In this document: in pieces, positions 54,590-64,000 of the stretch | Numbering within the stretch: position 1 is the first letter of the stretch | Layout of the letters: every line of letters starts with the position of its first letter | Assembly (NCBI GenBank): GCA_001600695.1 | Contig: BCKQ01000004.1 | Span: 479,583 to 543,582 of the forward strand | DNA from: Ascoidea asiatica JCM 7603 | Taxonomy: Eukaryota; Fungi; Ascomycota | Reading direction: 5' to 3' | DNA length: 64,000 nt | Notes under the pieces: model-generated | Database searches by the model: none | What the model was told of the DNA's origin: nothing | Seen by the model: only the letters and a program-made list of their open reading frames with translations | Translations under genes and position numbers: made by a program

Positions 54590-55847
54590 CTATTTAAGAG
54601 GGATAAAACGAGATGAGGTATTTGAACCAAGACCTGGTCTACCATGTCTAACTGGAGTATATGAGATAGAAAATTCACCTAAATAATGACCAACCATTTC
54701 AGCTTTAATTTCAACTTGATTAAAAACTTTACCATTATAAATACCAACAACAGAACCAATCATTTCTGGAACAACAATCATATTTCTTAAATGAGTTTTA
54801 ACAACAGCAGGTTTTTCATTTTCTGGAGCAGCTAATTTTGCAGCTCTTAATTTTTTAACTAAACCCATTGGTTTTGAATTTAAACCACGTTGAAAACGTC
54901 TTCTAATTCTAGAACGACATAACTTAGCAAAATCTTCAGTTGGTAATTCTAAAAGTTGAGAAAGTTCAACACCACGGTATGAAAAGGTTTTAAAAACACG
55001 TCTCTTTTTTTCTATTATAATACAAAAAAAAAAAAATGTTAGTAATTAAGGAACTATGGAATTATTAAATTGAAATTTTAGTGAAAGTAAATGAAATATG
55101 GACAAGGGAATACGGAATAAGCAATAAGGACTAAGAAAATAACAAATTTTTCAGAATAATTTCTAATCAATTTTTTTTATCTTTGCTTTGTAAACATAAA
55201 ATATACCTAATCAATGATAAATTTACTCTTTTTTCTATTTGAACAAATTTCCAAGAATTTGAAAAAAAATTGAAATATCTATAGTAATTTCAGAAGAAAA
55301 ATGATCAAGGTGAACCGTTTTTAAACAAACTGAGAATTATTCATCAAGTATTTTAATTGATAAATTTCCACTTTATGAAATATTATAACAGAATAATGAA
55401 TATGAAATATATTATTCTTCAATAAAACAGTTAAAATAGTCCTAACTATGTATGAATAATAACCATCATATTAAAATGATTCAATGATCTTAATTTTCTG
55501 ACTCATTTATCTGTTTTTTTATTTTATCTCTACATTCACATGTTACTAATTCTTTTGAATTTATTTTTTTTATTTTTTCGTTAATTAGTTTTGATTGATA
55601 CACTGATCTTTATATGATTCTTTGAATTCTCTATTACGTTTTTTTACTATATGAGTTTTTCTTCATTATTTGTGAGTCACATTTCTCAAAACCCAGTTTT
55701 AATTTTTTTTACTTTCTTTGATCAAAATTCACAGTTCATTTTTCATATTTTTTATTTACCATTTCTTATTCCCTTTTTAGATTTTCCATTTTACAATTAT
55801 TCATTATTAATTCTGGAAGACATACCAGTTGTTGCAGGAGGAGCCAT
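54590..55847 (-). CDS. RPS15: 40S ribosomal protein S15 (uS19); exons 55847-55826 and 55011-54590, intron 55825-55012
   Basis: [25 protein letters not shown]...SRFIPLK. GTATGT donor, TACTAAC branch at 55044-55038 and TAG acceptor give [22 protein letters not shown] in frame. Confidence 0.96.
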
Positions 55848-57167
55848 TTTAATTATATTCTTATTATTGTGGTTGATATTAAATTTCAAAAATTATCAAT
55901 TTAAAAAATATTGATTTCTTTATTCTTTTGATATTTTCCAGTAACGTTAGTAATGATTGAAACCCTCCATGAACAAAGTTGGCAACGATAGTGTTTTCCA
56001 GTATTAGAAGAGTCGTCGATAATATTATTGATGTTGGATTCACGGCAGTAAAGGCGGAGATGACAGGCTTTTTCTCAGTACTGTAATAACAGATGGCACG
56101 TGTCTATATAATGTAATAAATGGCCTCCAACGAATTTGAGTCTGATTGAAGTCTGTGAAGTTTGGTTATTCCGTTTATTAGACCAAGTCACCAGAGTTCA
56201 CTCAAGAGTTACGTGCCCTTATTTAGAAATCTACCTTTATCACGAGCTGTAGATAAGGGCACTAATGTTTTTAGTTTTTACTAAACTCAAAAGCCCTACT
56301 TTTGTTTATCTTTCTCGCTAGAAAATCCATGTTTGTGGCGTCACTGTCGGTGGTGGAGCGGTTCTTGGTGGAGCTCGACAATAAGGAGCGAGTGTGTTTG
56401 TGCTTGCGTCATTGGAGCCACTGGTTCCGCAGCCCGCGCCCACTACCCGAGTTTCAGAGCTTCGCTGAGCAAACGCCTGTTTGTGTCTGTTGGCCATCTC
56501 CCTCAAAACCCTTCATTTAGCACTGTAGAAAAGAAATCATAACTGTTTTTGCCTTTGAGAACTCACACAAAAGAAAGAGAATAAAAGGAATAAAGAGAGT
56601 AAAGTGGAATTTTTAATGATTGTGGTCTGTTGACAATTTGTTTAAAATCTGTTTAAAATCTGTTTACAAAAGGTTTTCCTTTTTTCGCAATTGAGTTTCG
56701 ATTTTGGATTTGTGTTTATCTTGATCTTATCATCTTGTTTCTGAACCTGATTTTGGAGGATTTTGAGTTCATTTCGTCAGGTTAACACGAAAATAACGTT
56801 ACGAGAAATGGGGAAAATATATTTCTATGAAGAAAATCAAAAAATTAAAAATTTATTTCCAATTAGTTTTCAATTTCCAATGAAAATAAGGAATCTTTTA
56901 GCAGTTTGAAATGCTAATTCACACATCATTTTTTTAGTCAATAAGAACCACCTCCAATTTTGTCCGATTGATTGAATTTACCCTAGATCTAACGGTTCTA
57001 AAGAACTAAAAATATATTATTCATATTATTTTTATTCTAGCTTGTTCTTAGAACAAATAAAGCAGAAAAAAATAGCTGATAATGTAGTGAAAGAGCCATA
57101 AAGATTTGAAGCGCTAAAAAGACTTGAAAATACAACTTTAAGAGTTTTTTTTTACTTGAAGTATATT

Positions 57168-57331
57168 TTCAGATATGAAACAAAGCTCCATTAAATTTCA
57201 TATGGCTATGCGAATTGAAGACAATAACTCACCTCAAGGGTCGAGTCTGTAATAATCATTGGTTGACTTCTTTGTTACTCTGAGAATACAGAGCAGTAGA
57301 AGGAGTGTAACGTTAGACATTTATTACAATA
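57168..57331 (+). ncRNA. Candidate structured ncRNA with an H/ACA-like layout
   Basis: Hairpin at 57168-57219, AGACAA (ANANNA) at 57219-57224, a long hairpin at 57248-57328 with an internal loop, and ACA at 57326-57328. Confidence 0.38.
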
Positions 57332-58155
57332 CTGCAACGTTGGTTTGTTTTTTTTCGCTATTCGTTCAACTTATTTCATATCAATTCAAATTATTTCTTT
57401 AGTATTTTTTCATCTTACTAAAAATTGAATACAAAATCAAAAAGTAACCTTACGGAAGATTAACTATCCTCCCAACAAAAAGAACTTACTCAGATTCTTT
57501 TTATTGTCTTTTATCTTTTTACTTTTTTCTTTTATATTAGATATTTAGTCTTTAATCTTTGATTTTTGATTTTTGATTTTTGATCTTTAATCTTTTCATA
57601 CATTCTTTAAATTGATCGATCAATTGAATTTATTATTTCAATACTATAATTCATTTCTCATCTTTTGATTTTGTAAAAATTGGTGAGTAAAATTAATTAT
57701 ATTATATTCTTTTTATCAAATCAATTGATATATTACTAGATTATATTACTAATACTATTTATAAACTTCAATTTTTTGATAAATATTATATTATATTATA
57801 TTATTTTATAAAGTTTAATTTCAACTATCTTGATAAGATCCTTAAATTAAATCTCATAAACGGACTTAAAAATTAAAAAGAATTATCATAAATTATTAAA
57901 TTTTCAATTATTGTTTACATATTTATTGTTTTTTATTCATTGTTTTGTATTTCATTGTTATAAAACAATATATAATACAAGAATATAATAGTATAAAGAG
58001 AATAAAAAAAGTATTTAATTTATAAATTGTAAAAAAAAAAAAAAAGTTCCAGTTTCAAAATACCCAAAATAATATCATTCATTACATTATCATTCCTTTT
58101 CATTTTTTTTAAACTCCTTTTCTGATTTCTGATTTCTGATTTCTGGAATCAATCG

Positions 58156-59916
58156 ATGGGAAATAACACATCCATCACAACACACAATCAAAGTAAAGAT
58201 AATAATAGTAATAATAGTAATAGTAATAATAGTAATAATAACAATATAAATAAACTCACCAATAATAGTCAAAATAGTTTAACCGCTGAAATAATTGATT
58301 CTAATTGTTTTGAATCTGTTTTGAAACTAAAATCAGACAAAAAACCTCTTAATCATATCAATCAATCAAATCAAATTAACCAAATTAAACAAAATATTAA
58401 AAAAATATCTGATATAACTTTACAAAGAAATTTAAATTCTTCTAAAACTGATTTTTATACATCAACCGCAATAACTCAAATCTCAAATTATAACGCTACT
58501 TCTAAATTTGTTTCTAATACAACTAAAATTAATTCAGATCTTCCCATTTATATCAAAAATATAGATATAATAAAACCAAAAAGAAAACTGAAGTTAAAAT
58601 CATCAAAAATGATTAATTCAAATTCAAATTCAAAATTTAAATCAAAATCAAAATCGACTAATCAAGAACCAGAAAATTCTCAATTTAATCAATCAATTCC
58701 AATTCATCAAAATATTTCTAAATCATTAATTGATTTTAATTCAGAAAATTTAAAATCAAATGAATCTGGTACTCCCAACTCAATTTCAAAAAGGAGTAGA
58801 AATAGTTCTTTTAAAAATGCATATATTAAAAATAATGATACTGATACTGATAATGTTATTCATTATAACTTAATAAATAGTATTGATAATGATGGTCTGC
58901 TTGGTGGTGGAAACTCATTAGTTGATTATTTTAATCAAGAAAATATTTATGTACCTATAACTTTAAAATGGAGAGGTATTGCTTCAAAGGTTTTTGTTAT
59001 TGGATCATTTAATAATTGGGGAAAAAAATATGAATTAAAAAATCCAGATAATAATAATGAGTATTTTGTTGATTTAAATTTACCAATTGGAATTCATAAA
59101 TTTCAATTTATTGTTGATAATCTTGTAAATTGTTCTGAGTATTATCCAAAAGCCATTGAAGAAAAGGGAAATTTTATAAATTGGATTGAAGTTAAGAATA
59201 ATTTCTATAATAATAATAATCTTAATAATTTCTCACCAATTAATAATGTAAATCAAAATTTCAATTCAGTTCCGATTACTGAAAATTTTAATGATTTAAA
59301 ACTAAAAGAATCCATCAATTTACTAACAAATAACGAATCCAATTTTTTTAACTCTGAGGCTAAATTATCATTTATAGAAAATTCCAATGAAAATAATAAA
59401 AAAAAAATAAGTTATTCAACAGAAATTCCTCCAATTTATAGTGATAATTATATAAGTGATGAAGATTTTGAGATGCTTGATAGTGCTACACTTCTTAAGA
59501 AACAAGGATATCCAGATCCACCTAGTTTACCTCCATATTTAAATAGAGTTTTGTTAAATGATTCTTCTCATAATTCTCATTCCTCACATTCCAATCATGA
59601 TAATAATAAGAATAAAAACGAATCATCGGAAAAATCTTCTGTTATAAATTCACATAACGAACAAAAAACTTTTGATAAAAATATTCGAAATAGTTCCAAT
59701 TTTGATGCTAATAATAATGATAATAATAGTAAAAATAATAAAAATAAAAGTAAAAAAAAAAGTGAGTCAGATTCACTTTCTATTCCAAACCATGTTATTT
59801 TAAATCATTTAGTAACAACTAGTATTAAAAATGATACATTAGCAGTTGCTTGCATCACAAGATATTCCGGAAAATATGTCACTCAAATAGTTTATTATCC
59901 AATAAATGGAATTTGA
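58156..59916 (+). CDS. SNF1/AMPK beta subunit (Gal83/Sip1/Sip2 family)
   Basis: MGN myristoylation start, carbohydrate-binding module (KVFVIGSFNNW...LPIGIHKFQFIVD...GNFINWIEV), PPSLPPYL and ASC domain LSIPNHVILNHLVTTSIK...TRYSGKYVTQIVYYP. Confidence 0.92.
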   Translation: MGNNTSITTHNQSKDNNSNNSNSNNSNNNNINKLTNNSQNSLTAEIIDSNCFESVLKLKSDKKPLNHINQSNQINQIKQNIKKISDITLQRNLNSSKTDFYTSTAITQISNYNATSKFVSNTTKINSDLPIYIKNIDIIKPKRKLKLKSSKMINSNSNSKFKSKSKSTNQEPENSQFNQSIPIHQNISKSLIDFNSENLKSNESGTPNSISKRSRNSSFKNAYIKNNDTDTDNVIHYNLINSIDNDGLLGGGNSLVDYFNQENIYVPITLKWRGIASKVFVIGSFNNWGKKYELKNPDNNNEYFVDLNLPIGIHKFQFIVDNLVNCSEYYPKAIEEKGNFINWIEVKNNFYNNNNLNNFSPINNVNQNFNSVPITENFNDLKLKESINLLTNNESNFFNSEAKLSFIENSNENNKKKISYSTEIPPIYSDNYISDEDFEMLDSATLLKKQGYPDPPSLPPYLNRVLLNDSSHNSHSSHSNHDNNKNKNESSEKSSVINSHNEQKTFDKNIRNSSNFDANNNDNNSKNNKNKSKKKSESDSLSIPNHVILNHLVTTSIKNDTLAVACITRYSGKYVTQIVYYPINGI

Positions 59917-62327
59917 TTTATTTAATTGAACCGTTTTGGAAGATTATTTAGATTAATTTGGAGTAAAACATTAAACATAATTTCAATGATTTTGATGATT
60001 TTTATAAATACATTTATTATAATTGTCATGTTTCTCATAAATTATTTTTTTCCACCTTTTCAAATTTTCTTTTGAATGTTTTTTTTAACTCTTACTTTAT
60101 TTTTTTGTCAATTTTTCATTTTTTTTTTCATTTTTTTTTCACTTTCTTTTCATTCTCTTCATTATAAAGTGTGTTAATTTGTGTGTATTAATGTGTATGA
60201 ACTTATTTTAGGAATATAATTGTTAGTGCATTACAAAAATTTGATTGAACGTAATTTTAGTTTGACGCACTTTTCCTTAGTTTTGCTTTTTCTAGTAATT
60301 TTTTTTTTTAAAACTCATGTTTATCGAGCAAATCTTGAAATTATAAATATTTACTTAAAGCAAAAATTAACCTAATAAAATAATACTTATAAACTAATAA
60401 GAAAGTATCATTATTATTTTTAATATTATTAAATTATATTGTTCATATATTCATCATTTTTAAAATTTTGCTTGTTAAAAAAAAAAAAAATAACTTGAAG
60501 AAACGATAGAGTTTTGAATGCCATTTTTTTGGCAAAAAAGCAATAATTATATCAAAATATATAAATTCAATCAAAAACTTACTGGCTTTCTCGTCATGTA
60601 TGGCTGACGATTATTTTTAATACTGTAGATCTATAACTAAATTTGTATAATGTTTCAATAATATCACTACTTCGTAATAATAATAAATAATTACTGTACT
60701 CAAAGACCTTAACAATCAGCTTTTTTTCACTTGTTTTGCTTTTCTCATTTCAACAATTGAGTAATTTACAAAATGAATTCGGCGAAAAAAAAATCAGTCA
60801 AATTAAATATTGAGAAAAACGCAAAATTAATACGATAAAATAACTTTCCTCCATCTTAATGGAAGAATAAAATGAGGTTTTCGCAAGCCTTTGTATATTT
60901 TTCATAAGGTAACATTAATAATAGGAAAAGTATATTTACTATCAGTATATTTACTATCAGTAGATTAATTGCCAATATACTGAATTAGAGATAAAAGGAT
61001 TTCCGGTAAATATATAAACACGTGACCACTATAAAATATACTGTAGATTAAAGGAATAGTGTGGAAAACGGAAACGGAACGGAAAAAAGACAAATGTGGC
61101 GTATTCAGAAGAGCTGAGCATAAAGGGAAAATGGCACCCAAAAGAATGCAGGCCTTTTATTGGACACCAGTGAGTGCTATCGCAAACACAATCCGCTAGC
61201 CTTCCCAGGGCTGCTAACTCTGGCCCTTAACACAGATCCCCTCTGTCGCTCATAACTCAACTTTCTAATCTTACCTGAGTAGGTGGAGGCTTGCACCGCT
61301 GCGCATTGCTCGGACGGTGGATGAAAATCTATCTTTGACCCAGCCAATGGAAATGCTTATTTTTAGCTGATATCAACGGCGGTGCTTTTTCGGTGCTCAG
61401 TTCCGGCCTGTCACTTAAACACCTTATTTAATATCAAATCAAAACAAAAAATACAGTAAGATATGATCATATCATTTCTTTTCTTTTCATTTCATATCAT
61501 ATCAATTCATTAATAGATGTCATTAAAAATACTCCAAAACTTTCCTAGCCCAAATCTAATCCATTTTGTATTATTTTTGTAGTAATATAATAATAAATGC
61601 TTTTTTACTTTTGAAAGCGGATAATTTTTCTTTTTTTGCTTCAGATATAATCATCTCTGTTCATTTAAAAAAGATATTAGAGCCCTATTCGCAAACCAAT
61701 TTCCGCTTACTGTTCCCCGAGAGTTATTGCGTGAACGTAGAAAAATAATGTTTTGCATAAATTAATTAAAAATATCTTAATTATTTCAAATTGGGTAAAA
61801 CGCAAATTGAAATAGAAATTGAAATAGAAATTGAAACGCAATTTTTAATTGAGACGCAAAAATGAAAAGCTAACTGAAATTGAAATTCCGATAAAAGTTT
61901 AAAGAAAGTTCAATTAACTTTACATATTGAAAAGCTGGAAATCTGGTTACTTTGCGTTTGCATGCGTCTAACACCACTGCAGGCAAACTTAATCTCGAAT
62001 TTTGCTTAAATTCAACGAATTTGAGATTGGTAACGTTTCTTTTGAAAATATTCATTTAATTAATCAATAATTAATTAAGTAGTTAAATTAGTGAATAATA
62101 AAGTATTAATTAGGCATAATAGGGAGTTGATATATATTCCAGTAAAGTGAATCCCACGAAACAAACAAACAAACAAACAATTTTTTGATATTTCAGATAA
62201 TCTTTTAACTGATTTCCCAAAATGATTGATCAATTCCTGAGTTACAAAGTGTGAAATTCAAACACATCGCATACATTTTTTCTAATTTTATTCATTGAAT
62301 TTTGTAAATTGTGATTTATATTTTATA

Positions 62328-62380
62328 TTTTTGATTTATGATTTATGATTTATAATTTATGATTTATAATTTAAAATTTA
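62328..62380. repeat. Degenerate heptamer tandem repeat (TTTATGA/TTTATAA)n
   Basis: About seven units are read directly in the sequence. Confidence 0.7.
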
Positions 62381-63018
62381 AAATTAATTATATAAGAAAT
62401 TATGAGTAAGAATTTGCAGTATAAATATGATTGTTTGCAGATATTTACTCTTAAAACTGCTAGATAAAAGAATTGATTTTTGATTTTTGTATTTTTCCCT
62501 AAATTTTCAAAACTTCAGCTTTATTAGAATTTTCTGAATAATTGAATTACTGAATATTTTGAATTATTCCTTTATAACCTACCAAATATTTATTATTATA
62601 CATAATATTATTCTCGGTGTTTTGTTATTTTAGGGATCCTACATTTCATCTATCAATTCAAGTTCTCATAAATTTACAATTACTCTCACTCTTTAACATT
62701 TTTCCCTTTTTAATATCAATTTATATATATTTCTATTTCGCTCAATTTTTTTTGTCCTCATCTGTTTTCACTCCTCGATATTTTATCTTTAATTGTTTTT
62801 TTCTAAATTTTTTTCACTCAAAATCATTAAAACTTTTTATACTACTAATATTATCATTACTTATATTCTTTTTATTATTATTACTTTTTAGTTTGTAGAA
62901 TTTGTTTAGTAATATCATAATTTAATATAGTATAATATAATAATACAATAGTACAATATCATCCATTCAATATCCAAAATAATTTAATCATCAATAAAAT
63001 AATTACTTAAAAGTCACA

Positions 63019-64000
63019 ATGACAATAATATCAACTCAAGAAATACCTTCATTTGCTTTTGAAGATTTTAACTCTTCTTTAAATTCTTCTGAAAATTTCA
63101 ATAATACCCCTTTAACTTTTCTTGATCTTAATGATGATGATCTAAATATACGAAACTTCAATAATCAAATTAATCAAGATCAACTTAATGATTTAAATAA
63201 CTTTAATAATATTCAAAACATTGATAATATGAGTAATATGAACAATTTAAACAGTATGAATAATATCAATGATATAAGTAATTTCACCATGAGTAACTTA
63301 AATAATATAAATAACGTAAATAATATAGCAAATATTACAGGAATAAATTCAGATTCATCTCTTCAAAATATTTCAAATTTCAATAACATCAATAATATCA
63401 ATAACTTTGATAACACCAATACTTATTTAAATCAACCTTTCGATTTAGATCCTAATTTTAATAACAATAATAATACAAACAACAATATCAATAACAATAA
63501 TCATAATAATATTCAATCATTTAATACAAACATCAATAACAATGTTAATTCTTTTAATAATTGGGAAATTAATCCTTTAGACAATTCAACTATTCCAAAC
63601 AATAATTTAAATTTTTCTCCACTTTCTGATTCTCGTTCGAATTCTCATTCAATTTCTTTCACAAATCCAAATGCTGATATTATGAATAATAGTTGGAAAG
63701 AAGAAACTAATGGTTCTAAAACTGCAATGATAACTAATTTAAATATTAATACAAATGAATATATTAATCAAAATTCTCTTGAAAGTCTGCCAATGAGTGA
63801 AGTTTCTCCGGTTAGTCTTTTATTTGAAGAGTTTCCAAATAATTATTCAAATTCTCTTTCAACAAAAACTAGTTTGAGTGATTTCAATTATATCAAAAAT
63901 AATAATATTAATAATAATAATAGTAATTCAAACATTAATAATAATAATATCAATAATATCAATAATAATAATATCAATAATATCAATAACAATAATAGCA
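63019..64000 (+). CDS. 3'-partial Asn-rich protein of unknown identity (possibly a transcription-factor N-terminus)
   Basis: ATG at 63019 opens a stop-free frame to the window end: MTIISTQEIPSFAFEDFNSS..., followed by long N/I/D-rich tracts. It is preceded by a ~3-kb intergenic region. Confidence 0.75.
   Translation, partial: MTIISTQEIPSFAFEDFNSSLNSSENFNNTPLTFLDLNDDDLNIRNFNNQINQDQLNDLNNFNNIQNIDNMSNMNNLNSMNNINDISNFTMSNLNNINNVNNIANITGINSDSSLQNISNFNNINNINNFDNTNTYLNQPFDLDPNFNNNNNTNNNINNNNHNNIQSFNTNINNNVNSFNNWEINPLDNSTIPNNNLNFSPLSDSRSNSHSISFTNPNADIMNNSWKEETNGSKTAMITNLNINTNEYINQNSLESLPMSEVSPVSLLFEEFPNNYSNSLSTKTSLSDFNYIKNNNINNNNSNSNINNNNINNINNNNINNINNNNS

Noticed and set aside
52716-56542. Hydrophobic short ORFs at 52716, 52987, 53421, 54058, 55651 and 56302-56542
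   Set aside because: They derive from T-rich UTR or intron sequence, or from the RPS15 promoter island.
61566-62898. ORFs at 61566, 61870 and 62617
   Set aside because: Low-complexity AT-rich sequence in the probable promoter or 5' UTR of the 63019 gene.

Overview
A very AT-rich eukaryotic window from a budding yeast (Saccharomycotina) outside the Saccharomycetaceae. It has yeast-type GTATGT/TACTAAC introns and retains a complex I subunit, a Set9-type H4K20 methyltransferase and a velvet factor. An Ascoidea-like genome is my unverified guess. About 23 protein genes are supported, in order: PSG1 (5'-partial), ATG12 (intron), VelB-like velvet factor, two tandem GLK1-like glucokinases, YHC1, TUL1, NDUFB7/NB8M (intron), RPT2, RNA14, SEM1, a FAS1-domain protein, BIR1, SET9 (intron), ECM33-like, ARO80, a short-tailed PalH/RIM21-family sensor, ATG7, POM152, a 57-aa DDR2/HOR7-like protein missed by the ORF track, RPS15 (814-nt intron), a SNF1 beta subunit and a 3'-partial Asn-rich ORF. 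There is one tRNA-Thr(UGU) and three candidate snoRNAs read directly from intergenic sequence: one U13/snR45-like C/D RNA and two H/ACA-like RNAs. No mobile elements or CRISPR arrays were seen. All homology calls come from recalled motifs, not from database searches.
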